In this document: positions 21,242-27,906 of the stretch, piece after piece
Layout: every line of letters starts with the position of its first letter
Position numbering within the stretch: position 1 is the stretch's first letter
DNA from: Maricaulis sp.
GTDB lineage: Bacteria; Pseudomonadota; Alphaproteobacteria; Caulobacterales; Maricaulaceae
NCBI RefSeq assembly: GCF_039978735.1
Contig: NZ_JBDWAS010000058.1
Span: 525-64,524, forward strand
Reading direction: 5' to 3'
DNA length: 64,000 bases
Notes under the pieces: generated by a model
What the model saw: only the letters and a program-made list of their open reading frames with translations
Database searches by the model: none
Told to the model about the DNA's origin: nothing
Position numbers and translations under genes: made by a program

Positions 21242-21802
21242 TCAGCTCCAGTCCTGGCTGTAGAGAATGTCGTCGGGTTTCTTGGCGCCGCGCACGAGAG
21301 CCGCCGGATCCGGCGCGATCGCACCGCGGCCCCAGCTCTCATGCAGCGGCATTTCGTGGTTCCACTCCCAGGCGAGGCGGCGATGGGCGATTGCCCAGCG
21401 GCCGTCGCGGCGCTCGAAGCGGTCGATCACGCGCGCCATGGTGAGGCTGTCGAACGGATCGTCGACGCCGGTATCGCGGCGGGAGAAGGTCATGATGTAG
21501 CACTCGGTCAGGGCGCGATCGCCGTCCAGCTCGATCATGATGTTGGTAACGGCGTGGGTCATGCGCGGCGCTTTGGGCAGGACCTTGCGCATCGTGGCCA
21601 CATACTCCGAAGCCGGGCCCTTGAACGTGCCGCCATGGTCCTCGATGGCGTCGTCGTGATAGGCGGCCGCAATCAGATCGGCATCGCCCCTATCAGCGCC
21701 GCGGCAATAGCTGACAAGGACCTCGTAGATCGCCTGTTTGTCGAGGAGCGCGCGGAGCTCGCTCATCATCGCAGCGTCGGCATTTGCGGGAGTGTCGGTC
21801 AT
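21242..21802 (-). CDS. NTF2-fold protein, SnoaL_4 / ring-hydroxylating-dioxygenase-beta-like
   Basis: 186 aa. LRALLDKQAIYEVLVSYCRGADRGDADLIAAAYHDDAIEDHGGTF. Clear paralog of 32096..32635. Confidence 0.8.
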   Translation of the reverse strand: MTDTPANADAAMMSELRALLDKQAIYEVLVSYCRGADRGDADLIAAAYHDDAIEDHGGTFKGPASEYVATMRKVLPKAPRMTHAVTNIMIELDGDRALTECYIMTFSRRDTGVDDPFDSLTMARVIDRFERRDGRWAIAHRRLAWEWNHEMPLHESWGRGAIAPDPAALVRGAKKPDDILYSQDWS

Positions 21803-22263
21803 GTCGGATTCCTCGTCTGGCTGGCCGGCGCAAGCGCGGCCGGTCGCGCGGTCAGCGCGGCTGTGAAATCGGGCAAGGGTGTGCCTGCGGCGCTGCGATC
21901 GGCGGAGCCGCGGTCGAAATAGTCGCGCCAGCCGGTGATCAGATCGCCGTCAAATTCGAGAATGCCCATATAGGGAACGACCGCGTGATGACCGTCTGCC
22001 GTGTCGAACTCATCGACGCCTTCAACGAACAGGGCGTCCTCGGTCTCGGCGATCCTGAAGATGCGCCAGCGCGGATTGCGAACCTTCGCCTTGTAGGCCT
22101 CCAGGAATTCCCGGGCTCCGGTCTTGCCGTGCTTTGGGGGCAGCGAGATCGCGGAATAGTGCCAGACCAGGTCATCACTGAGATGGGCCAGCACGGCGTC
22201 GATATCCTGATCGCGACACCAGACATTGATGATGGACTGGAGAATCTCGGTCTTGCGGCTCAT
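21799..22263 (-). CDS. limonene-1,2-epoxide-hydrolase-fold (LEH-like, NTF2 superfamily) protein
   Basis: 154 aa. LFVEGVDEF and ILEFDGDLITGWRDYFD, motifs shared with 26767..27255 and 27313..27741. 4-nt overlaps with both neighbouring genes. Confidence 0.75.
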   Translation of the reverse strand: MSRKTEILQSIINVWCRDQDIDAVLAHLSDDLVWHYSAISLPPKHGKTGAREFLEAYKAKVRNPRWRIFRIAETEDALFVEGVDEFDTADGHHAVVPYMGILEFDGDLITGWRDYFDRGSADRSAAGTPLPDFTAALTARPAALAPASQTRNPT

Positions 22264-23333
22264 TTACGGCCTCCTCCGGCAGCGCCCGGTGCCTGCCAGG
22301 CCAGGGTGAGTGGTGTCTGTGAAACGCCGGGTTCTGCGTCAACCGCGTGGCGAAGCGTGTTGAGGACGGCACCGGCAACGCCGAGCATTTCCGGCGTGGT
22401 GCGTTCGGTCCAGCCGTCCGGCGGTTCCAGGCCGAAGCTCAGCGCAACACTGGGCGTGCCCTCGACCCGGATCGACCACAGGCCCGGCTCGGCCTCGGCC
22501 GGGTCCGGCGGCTCCATGGTCCAGGACACACCGAGTTCGACGCGCACGGCGTCATCGGCCTCCGCCTGCCACAGCCAGTCAATGCGGGCCGCACGTCCAG
22601 GTTCGATCCGCCCCGCGGCGATTTCGAGGGCTTCGCGGGCCGGCCGCAGGCTGTGTCCCTTGACGACGCGGTCAGCGGTCCAGCCCAGCCGTTCTGCTAC
22701 ACAGGCGGTCACTTCCTCGAACAGGGCGTTCATCATGCCGGCGGGTGCCCAGTCCGGGGAATTGGGGTCGACGGTGTCGACCTCGGCGCCGAAGCCGATC
22801 ACGTCGAAGACGTATTCCGGGCTCTTGACGGCGCGGCAGTCGACAATCTCGTGAATGGAGACGCGTTTGACATCGCTGCAGACACCGGTTGCCAGGACAG
22901 CCAGTTTTTCCGCGGCAAAACCGGGATTGAGACCGGCGCCCATGAAGGTGGCATTGCCGTCCCGTCCCGCCGCTTCGAACGCGTCCCGGCGGGCCTTGGG
23001 CCAATAGTCGGGATTGGTGCCGCCATTGATGCTGACGACATTCTTGCCGGAACGCAGCAGGCGCTGGATGTCTTCGTCATGGCGCTCGAAAGGTGGATCC
23101 AGCCGGGCGGCATGGATCACCACATCGGCGTCCAGTTTCAGGATGTCCTCGATATCGCGGGTTGCCGCGACGCCCACCGGGGCCCGGCGCGCGATATCGC
23201 CCGCATCGCGGCCGGCCTTGCGCTCGCCATAGACATAAAGTCCGACAAGTTCGGTCTGGGGGCTGTCGATCACCGCCTGCAGGCAGGTCCGTCCCATGGC
23301 GCCCGTCGCCCACTGGATCACGCGAAGGGTCAT
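22260..23333 (-). CDS. DapB-like NAD(P)-dependent oxidoreductase (dihydrodipicolinate-reductase / amine-dehydrogenase-like family)
   Basis: The track ORF extends to 23846. The ATG at 23333 overlaps the upstream stop (ATGA). MTLRVIQWATGAMGRTCLQAVIDSPQTELVGLYVY is a Rossmann N-terminus. Confidence 0.7.
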   Translation of the reverse strand: MTLRVIQWATGAMGRTCLQAVIDSPQTELVGLYVYGERKAGRDAGDIARRAPVGVAATRDIEDILKLDADVVIHAARLDPPFERHDEDIQRLLRSGKNVVSINGGTNPDYWPKARRDAFEAAGRDGNATFMGAGLNPGFAAEKLAVLATGVCSDVKRVSIHEIVDCRAVKSPEYVFDVIGFGAEVDTVDPNSPDWAPAGMMNALFEEVTACVAERLGWTADRVVKGHSLRPAREALEIAAGRIEPGRAARIDWLWQAEADDAVRVELGVSWTMEPPDPAEAEPGLWSIRVEGTPSVALSFGLEPPDGWTERTTPEMLGVAGAVLNTLRHAVDAEPGVSQTPLTLAWQAPGAAGGGRK

Positions 23334-24259
23334 GTGCCGGTCTCCGAATTGTGGCGCGCCATGGTCTTGTAGAGGTCGGCGAAGGCCGGTTCCGCACCGG
23401 GGAAACCGCGTGCGGTTTCCAGGCCGGACTGGGTCTCGGCAAAGGCGTCGAACGCGTCGAGCGCCTGTGGCATCGGCCCGCCTTCGGTCTCGACGATCCT
23501 GACCTTGCGCAGCCAGCCAGCCCCGCCAAGCCAGATCTCGCCCGTGCGGGTGAGGGCCGGCGAGACCAGCCAGGCCGCTGCGGGGGCGATATGCTCGGGC
23601 AGAAGCCGCGGGTCGATCTCGTCCGGCCGGCTCACATCCGCCGTCATCTGGGTGGCCGCATAGGGGCACAGCACGTTCACAAGAATGCCCGGCTTGCGCC
23701 ATTCGTCGGCCAGGGTCAGCGCGAAGGCATTCATGGCGCCCTTGGAGGCGGCATAGGCCGCCCGGCCGCGCACGCCATAGAGCCCGGCCGAGGACGAGAT
23801 CATCAGCACGCGCGCAGCAGACGACGCCTCGAGGGCCGGTTGGCATGCGGCGAGGATGTCAGCCGTGGCAAAGAGGTTGGTGTCCATCACAGCGCGGATC
23901 GTCGCCGGACCCTCGGGCGAGAACCTGGCGGCCGGTCCGGTGATGCCCGCATTGCAGACGATGATGTCCAGCTGCCCGAACGCATCGAGCGCCGCCTTGG
24001 CGAGGCGTTCGCCGGCCTGGGGATCGGTGATGTCGGAGTGTTCGGCGACGGCCTCGCCGCCGGCATCGCGGATCTCCGCTGCGACGGCTGCGGCTTCGTC
24101 GGCGCGGCCCGGCTTGAGGCGGTTGTTGACGACGATGCGGGCGCCCTGGCGGGCGAGCTCGCGGGCGAATGCCGCCCCCAGCCCCTTGCCGGCGCCGGTG
24201 ACGATTGCGACCCGGCCTTCCAGCGGCCGTTGGGAGGGATTTGAAGCTTGCATAAACAA
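23330..24259 (-). CDS. SDR-family oxidoreductase with ~60-aa C-terminal extension
   Basis: 309 aa. RVAIVTGAGKGLGAAFAREL and YAASKGAMNAF. The start is TTG 24259 or ATG 24253. Confidence 0.85.
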   Translation of the reverse strand: MFMQASNPSQRPLEGRVAIVTGAGKGLGAAFARELARQGARIVVNNRLKPGRADEAAAVAAEIRDAGGEAVAEHSDITDPQAGERLAKAALDAFGQLDIIVCNAGITGPAARFSPEGPATIRAVMDTNLFATADILAACQPALEASSAARVLMISSSAGLYGVRGRAAYAASKGAMNAFALTLADEWRKPGILVNVLCPYAATQMTADVSRPDEIDPRLLPEHIAPAAAWLVSPALTRTGEIWLGGAGWLRKVRIVETEGGPMPQALDAFDAFAETQSGLETARGFPGAEPAFADLYKTMARHNSETGT

Positions 24260-24291
24260 ACTATAAAACGATGGTTTTATAGTGCAAGCCA
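24244..24291. promoter_or_regulatory. head-to-head pair of the island motif enclosing a 9+4+9 palindrome
   Basis: 24244-24262(+) AAGCTTGCATAAACAAACT faces 24273-24291(-) TGGCTTGCACTATAAAACC. The inner perfect palindrome is CTATAAAAC-GATG-GTTTTATAG (24261-24282). Confidence 0.55.
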
Positions 24292-24316
24292 GTTTCGGCG
24301 CGGCGACCGATTTTGG

Positions 24317-25282
24317 TCAGGCGCTGCCGGTGATGTCCGGGGCGCGGCCCGGGCCCTCGGCGATCTCGAAAGTCACCTCTTCCGGCGCCACAGGCTCGCG
24401 GCAGTGCGAGCAGACGACGACCGGGGTCAGTTCATGGCCGCAGGGCTTGTGCGTCAGCAGCAGCGGCGGGCCCTCCGGAGAGACGTAATAGGTGTCGCCC
24501 CATTGCAGCAGCATCAGCAGGATCGGGTAGTAGTCGATCGCCTTTTCCGTCAGCCGGTACTCATAGCGGTTGGGCCGCGTGGAATAGGGGTGCATCTCCA
24601 GCATGCCGATCTGGCAGAGCCAGTTGAGGCGCTCGGACAGGATATTGGTGGCGATCGCGGTGTCTTCGCAGATTTCGTCGAACTTGCGCAGGCCGGTGAA
24701 GATCGACCGCAGGACCAGGCTTGCCCAGCGGTCGCCGGTGATCTGGGCGACATGGTCCAGCAGGATGGAGGCGGCCTCGCGGTTCGTCGCCGTGTCGCGG
24801 TGGCGGCGCCGGCGCGAATAGGTCGGTGTCATCCAGCCCAGGCCCGGGCCTTCACTCCAGGCCATCTCGCGCGCATGGATCTCGCCGCCGCAATCGCCGC
24901 ACGCGGGTACGGGCTCGAACTCGTGGCCGCAGCCTGTGTGGCGCAGGGTGATCGAGATCTTGCCCTCGCTGGGGCCCCAACGGCGCTCCCAGCGCAGCAT
25001 CATCAGTGCGGTCCAGTAAAGCCCGCGGCCCTTCTCGGTCAGCCGGTACTCGAACCGTTTGGGCGAGGTGCTGTAGGGGGTCTTTTCCAGTACGCCGGCC
25101 GCCATGAGGCGCTTCAGGCGGTCGGACAGGAGCGGCTTGAGCAGGCCGGTCCGGTTGCGCAGCTCCTCGAACCGGCGCGCGCCGAGCCAGTTTGCTTCCA
25201 GGATCAGCAGGATCGAGGTGTCGCCGACGACTTCGAGGGCGCGCCAGATCGAGCAGGTACGAATGAATTTGCGGTCGGACAT
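24317..25282 (-). CDS. tandem (duplicated) HxlR-type winged-helix regulator, with a Cys/His knuckle after each domain
   Basis: 321 aa. Domain 1: CSIWRALEVVGDTSILLILEANWLGARRFEELRNRTGLLKPLLSDRLKRLMAAGVLEKTPY..FEYRLTEKG, then HTGCGHEFEPVPACGDCGG. Domain 2: VAQITGDRWASLVLRSIFTGLRKFDEICEDTAIATNILSERLNWLCQIGMLEMHPY..YEYRLTEKA, then HKPCGHELTPVVVCSHCRE. Confidence 0.85.
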   Translation of the reverse strand: MSDRKFIRTCSIWRALEVVGDTSILLILEANWLGARRFEELRNRTGLLKPLLSDRLKRLMAAGVLEKTPYSTSPKRFEYRLTEKGRGLYWTALMMLRWERRWGPSEGKISITLRHTGCGHEFEPVPACGDCGGEIHAREMAWSEGPGLGWMTPTYSRRRRHRDTATNREAASILLDHVAQITGDRWASLVLRSIFTGLRKFDEICEDTAIATNILSERLNWLCQIGMLEMHPYSTRPNRYEYRLTEKAIDYYPILLMLLQWGDTYYVSPEGPPLLLTHKPCGHELTPVVVCSHCREPVAPEEVTFEIAEGPGRAPDITGSA

Positions 25283-25390
25283 GTCGTGAGGCGCGATGGG
25301 TTCCTGTTGATCTGATGCGGAGCCCGAATCCGCGCTCCGCTTGCGCAGTGATACCTGTTAAGCGCCATGGCCCGTCATCGCAAGGCTGCC

Positions 25391-25417
25391 GGCCGGTCTG
25401 CGACAATCAGACCGGCC
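25391..25417 (-). terminator. GC-rich hairpin downstream of the MFS gene (no U-tract)
   Basis: GGCCGGTCTG-CGACAAT-CAGACCGGCC, a perfect 10-bp stem 10 nt beyond the MFS stop codon. Confidence 0.35.
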
Positions 25418-25426
25418 GCACAGGCC

Positions 25427-26770
25427 TCAGACGTCGACCTCCCGCCGGGCATAGCCGGCCGACAGGAAGAAGAGGCCGGTGGCAATCGCAAAGCCGATTG
25501 GCGACACGATCGCGATGGCGTAACGCACCCCCTCGTCGAACGGGAAGAAGGTGTCGCCCACCAGCGCGGTGGCGGTCGGTCCGGCGCCCAGCCCGACCAG
25601 GTTCACCACGAAGAGGTAGATCGCCGACAGGGTGGCCCGCATCCGGTTGGGTGTGAGCTGCTGAAGCGCGCTCGCGGCGGCGCCGATGGGCACGGCTGCT
25701 GCCGAGAAGAAGACCACGAAGGCAACGGCCGACAGCGCGGGCGATCCGGCGAGCGGGAAGATCACGGCAAACACGGTCCCCGCAAGGCCCGCAAAGCCGC
25801 AGAAGGCAAGGCGCCCCGCTGCCGTCCCGCCGCCGAAACGGTCTGTCGCCCAGCCGCCGCCCACCAGGCCGATCAGTCCGCCGATGATCAGCGCGCCGCC
25901 GGCGAGGTGGCCGGCTGACGCCAGGTCCATGCCGTGCACGCGGATCAGGAAGACCGGGAACCAGGAGACCGCGGCGAACACGGCGAAATTGACCATGCCG
26001 ACCGCGAAGCACAGGCCCAGAACGGCACCCGCGCGTTTGCGGATAAAGCTCATCACCTCGCGCATCGGCACCGCTTCGCGCACAGTCCCGGCGGCGACGC
26101 CGTGACGGGGCGGCTCGGGCAGGATCATGAACAGGCCCGCAATCAGCAGGCCGGGCATCCCGACGATGATGAAGGTTGCCTGCCAGGCGCTGAGTTCGCC
26201 GAACAGGGGCAGGGAAATCGACCCCGCATTGGCAACCATCTCGATCACGACGGCGCCGATCAGGAAGGCCAGGCCCGCGCCGACGGCCGACCCCAGACCG
26301 TAAACGCCCATGGCAAGGCCGAGGCGTTTCTGCGGAAAGGAATCCGAGATGATCGAATAGGCGGCCGGCGACAGGGTCGCTTCGCCGACGCCCACGCCCA
26401 TGCGTGCCAGGAAGAGCTGCCAGTAGTGTACGGCCAGACCGCAGGACGCGGTCATCACGCTCCACAGCGCCACACCGGCAGCAACGATGGGCAGGCGCGT
26501 CGAGCGGTCGATCAGCCGGCCCAGCGGCAGGCCCATCACGGTGTAGAAGATCGCAAAGGCGAAACCCTGCAGCAGGCTGACCTGCGTGTCCGTCAGGTCG
26601 AGGTCGGCCTTGAGGGGCTCGACCAGAAGACCGATGATCATCCGGTCGATGAAGGAGAAGATGTAGGCGATGAAGAGAACGGCCACCATCGCCCAGGCCA
26701 CGGCCGGCGCGGGGTAACCGTCCTCGCTGGCGGCGGCCCCGCCCGGGCCGCCGGCCGTTGCGTCACTCAC
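25427..26770 (-). CDS. MFS transporter
   Basis: 447 aa and strongly hydrophobic throughout. MFS motif-A-like GLPLGRLIDRSTR. Overlaps the upstream secreted LEH-like gene by 4 nt. Confidence 0.85.
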   Translation of the reverse strand: MSDATAGGPGGAAASEDGYPAPAVAWAMVAVLFIAYIFSFIDRMIIGLLVEPLKADLDLTDTQVSLLQGFAFAIFYTVMGLPLGRLIDRSTRLPIVAAGVALWSVMTASCGLAVHYWQLFLARMGVGVGEATLSPAAYSIISDSFPQKRLGLAMGVYGLGSAVGAGLAFLIGAVVIEMVANAGSISLPLFGELSAWQATFIIVGMPGLLIAGLFMILPEPPRHGVAAGTVREAVPMREVMSFIRKRAGAVLGLCFAVGMVNFAVFAAVSWFPVFLIRVHGMDLASAGHLAGGALIIGGLIGLVGGGWATDRFGGGTAAGRLAFCGFAGLAGTVFAVIFPLAGSPALSAVAFVVFFSAAAVPIGAAASALQQLTPNRMRATLSAIYLFVVNLVGLGAGPTATALVGDTFFPFDEGVRYAIAIVSPIGFAIATGLFFLSAGYARREVDV

Positions 26771-27255
26771 CGGGCTTCTGCGTCGAAGTCGGTGTGAATG
26801 CCCATGGCTTCGAGAAGCTCGGCGCGGTCATAATATTCCCGCCACTCCTGGATGGAGCCGTCATCATTGATCTCGATGACGCCGACCACCGGTACGGCGC
26901 CCGCATGACCGTTATAGACGAACTCGTCGACCCGCTCGATGAAGACGACGTCGCCGACCTGGCCGATATTCCGGACATTCAGCGTGATCTCCTCGATGCC
27001 GGCGCCGATATGGCCGATGCGGGCTGCGAGGGCTTCATGGCCCACGATCGGGTCGACCATCATCGAATGCAGCGAACCGTCCTCGGCAAACATCGAGACG
27101 ACGCGGTCCCAGTCCTGCGTGTTCCAGGCATCGACCATGTCCAGAACGACCTGGACCTTCGGATTGTCAGAGGTCTGCTGCGTGCCGGTGTCGGCAAGCG
27201 CGGCCCCGGCAGGCATAGCTACGCTCAGCGCGAGAGCGACGACAAGATTACGCAT
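26767..27255 (-). CDS. Sec-exported LEH-fold (NTF2 superfamily) protein
   Basis: 162 aa. Signal peptide MRNLVVALALSVAMPAGAALA|DTG. VFIERVDEF and IEINDDGSIQEWREYYD. GGGAGGAATTC lies before the ATG. Confidence 0.8.
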   Translation of the reverse strand: MRNLVVALALSVAMPAGAALADTGTQQTSDNPKVQVVLDMVDAWNTQDWDRVVSMFAEDGSLHSMMVDPIVGHEALAARIGHIGAGIEEITLNVRNIGQVGDVVFIERVDEFVYNGHAGAVPVVGVIEINDDGSIQEWREYYDRAELLEAMGIHTDFDAEAR

Positions 27256-27269
27256 GAATTCCTCCCATA

Positions 27270-27288
27270 GGTTTTATTGTGCAAGTCA
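27270..27288 (-). promoter_or_regulatory. island motif copy 14 nt upstream of the secreted LEH-like gene
   Basis: The minus strand reads TGACTTGCACAATAAAACC, then TATGGGAGGAATTC, then the ATG (27255). Confidence 0.55.
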
Positions 27289-27312
27289 TAAGAGCGGGAG
27301 AAATCCGGTGCG

Positions 27313-27741
27313 TCAAGCAGAACCGGATTCGCCAGCCAGCAGAGGCTCGACCCAGGCCGGCACAGGCTCGCCTGCGCGCGCCGCAGCAATCGCGGCGCTG
27401 TCGACATAATCCCGCCAGCGCCAGATGCGGCCGTCGCGGAACTCGAAAACGCCGGCATAGGGGGTGCGGATGCGCACGCCCTCGGCATTCACATAATCAT
27501 CGACGCCCTCGACCATCAGCAGGTCGCCGGTTTCGCTGTGCCGGGTGATCGACCAGGCGATCTCCGTCTGACCAGCACCGAATTTTTCGAGAAAGCGGCG
27601 GATGGCGTCGCGGCCCTCCAGCGGGCGGGAGCCGACATGATAGTGGTAGACAACATCCTCGCAGACAGCGTCCAGCACGGTTTCGATGTCGCCGCGCTTC
27701 CAGGCTTCGATGATGCGATGAACGGTGTCGATATGCGCCAT
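27313..27741 (-). CDS. LEH-fold (NTF2 superfamily) protein, cytoplasmic
   Basis: 142 aa. MAHIDTVHRIIEAWKRGD, LMVEGVDDY, VFEFRDGRIWRWRDYVD. Confidence 0.75.
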   Translation of the reverse strand: MAHIDTVHRIIEAWKRGDIETVLDAVCEDVVYHYHVGSRPLEGRDAIRRFLEKFGAGQTEIAWSITRHSETGDLLMVEGVDDYVNAEGVRIRTPYAGVFEFRDGRIWRWRDYVDSAAIAAARAGEPVPAWVEPLLAGESGSA

Positions 27742-27785
27742 TGCGCCGCCCTTCGGTGAGTTGCGAGCGCAGCCTAGTCATTTCA

Positions 27786-27804
27786 GGTAACGTAATGCAA
27801 GTCA
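27786..27804 (-). promoter_or_regulatory. island motif copy 44 nt upstream of the gene starting at 27741
   Basis: The minus strand reads TGACTTGCATTACGTTACC. Confidence 0.5.
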
Positions 27805-27876
27805 TATCGCGTGGCGGGTTTTCGGGTTGGTCCGTTCATCGATTGACAGTCCCGCGAAGAGCGCTCTAACGTGACA

Positions 27877-27895
27877 TGAATTGCATAATAATACC
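27877..27895 (+). promoter_or_regulatory. island motif copy 11 nt upstream of the acyl-CoA ligase ATG
   Basis: TGAATTGCATAATAATACC, then TGGATGTCGTC, then the ATG (27907). Confidence 0.55.
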
Positions 27896-27906
27896 TGGAT
27901 GTCGTC

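Noticed and set aside
24282-24488. Short plus-strand ORFs beginning MQA.. or MQV.. (24282..24488, 27279..27548, and mini-ORFs at 27796 and 52958). They start inside the reverse complement of the island motif ((A/G)TGCAAG).
   Set aside because: The shared MQ(A/V) start is a by-product of the conserved DNA motif, which reads ATG/GTG CAA G on the opposite strand. The ORFs run antisense through real genes or stop after a few codons. They have no Shine-Dalgarno sequence and no coding-like composition.
27877-27895. Interpreting the TTGCA core of the island motif as a sigma-54 -12 element, or as a sigma-70 -35 box.
   Set aside because: None of the strong copies has a GG-containing TGGCAC element 11 nt upstream of TTGC. 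Three copies end only 11-14 nt before the start codon, which leaves no room for a -10 box 17 nt downstream of a -35.
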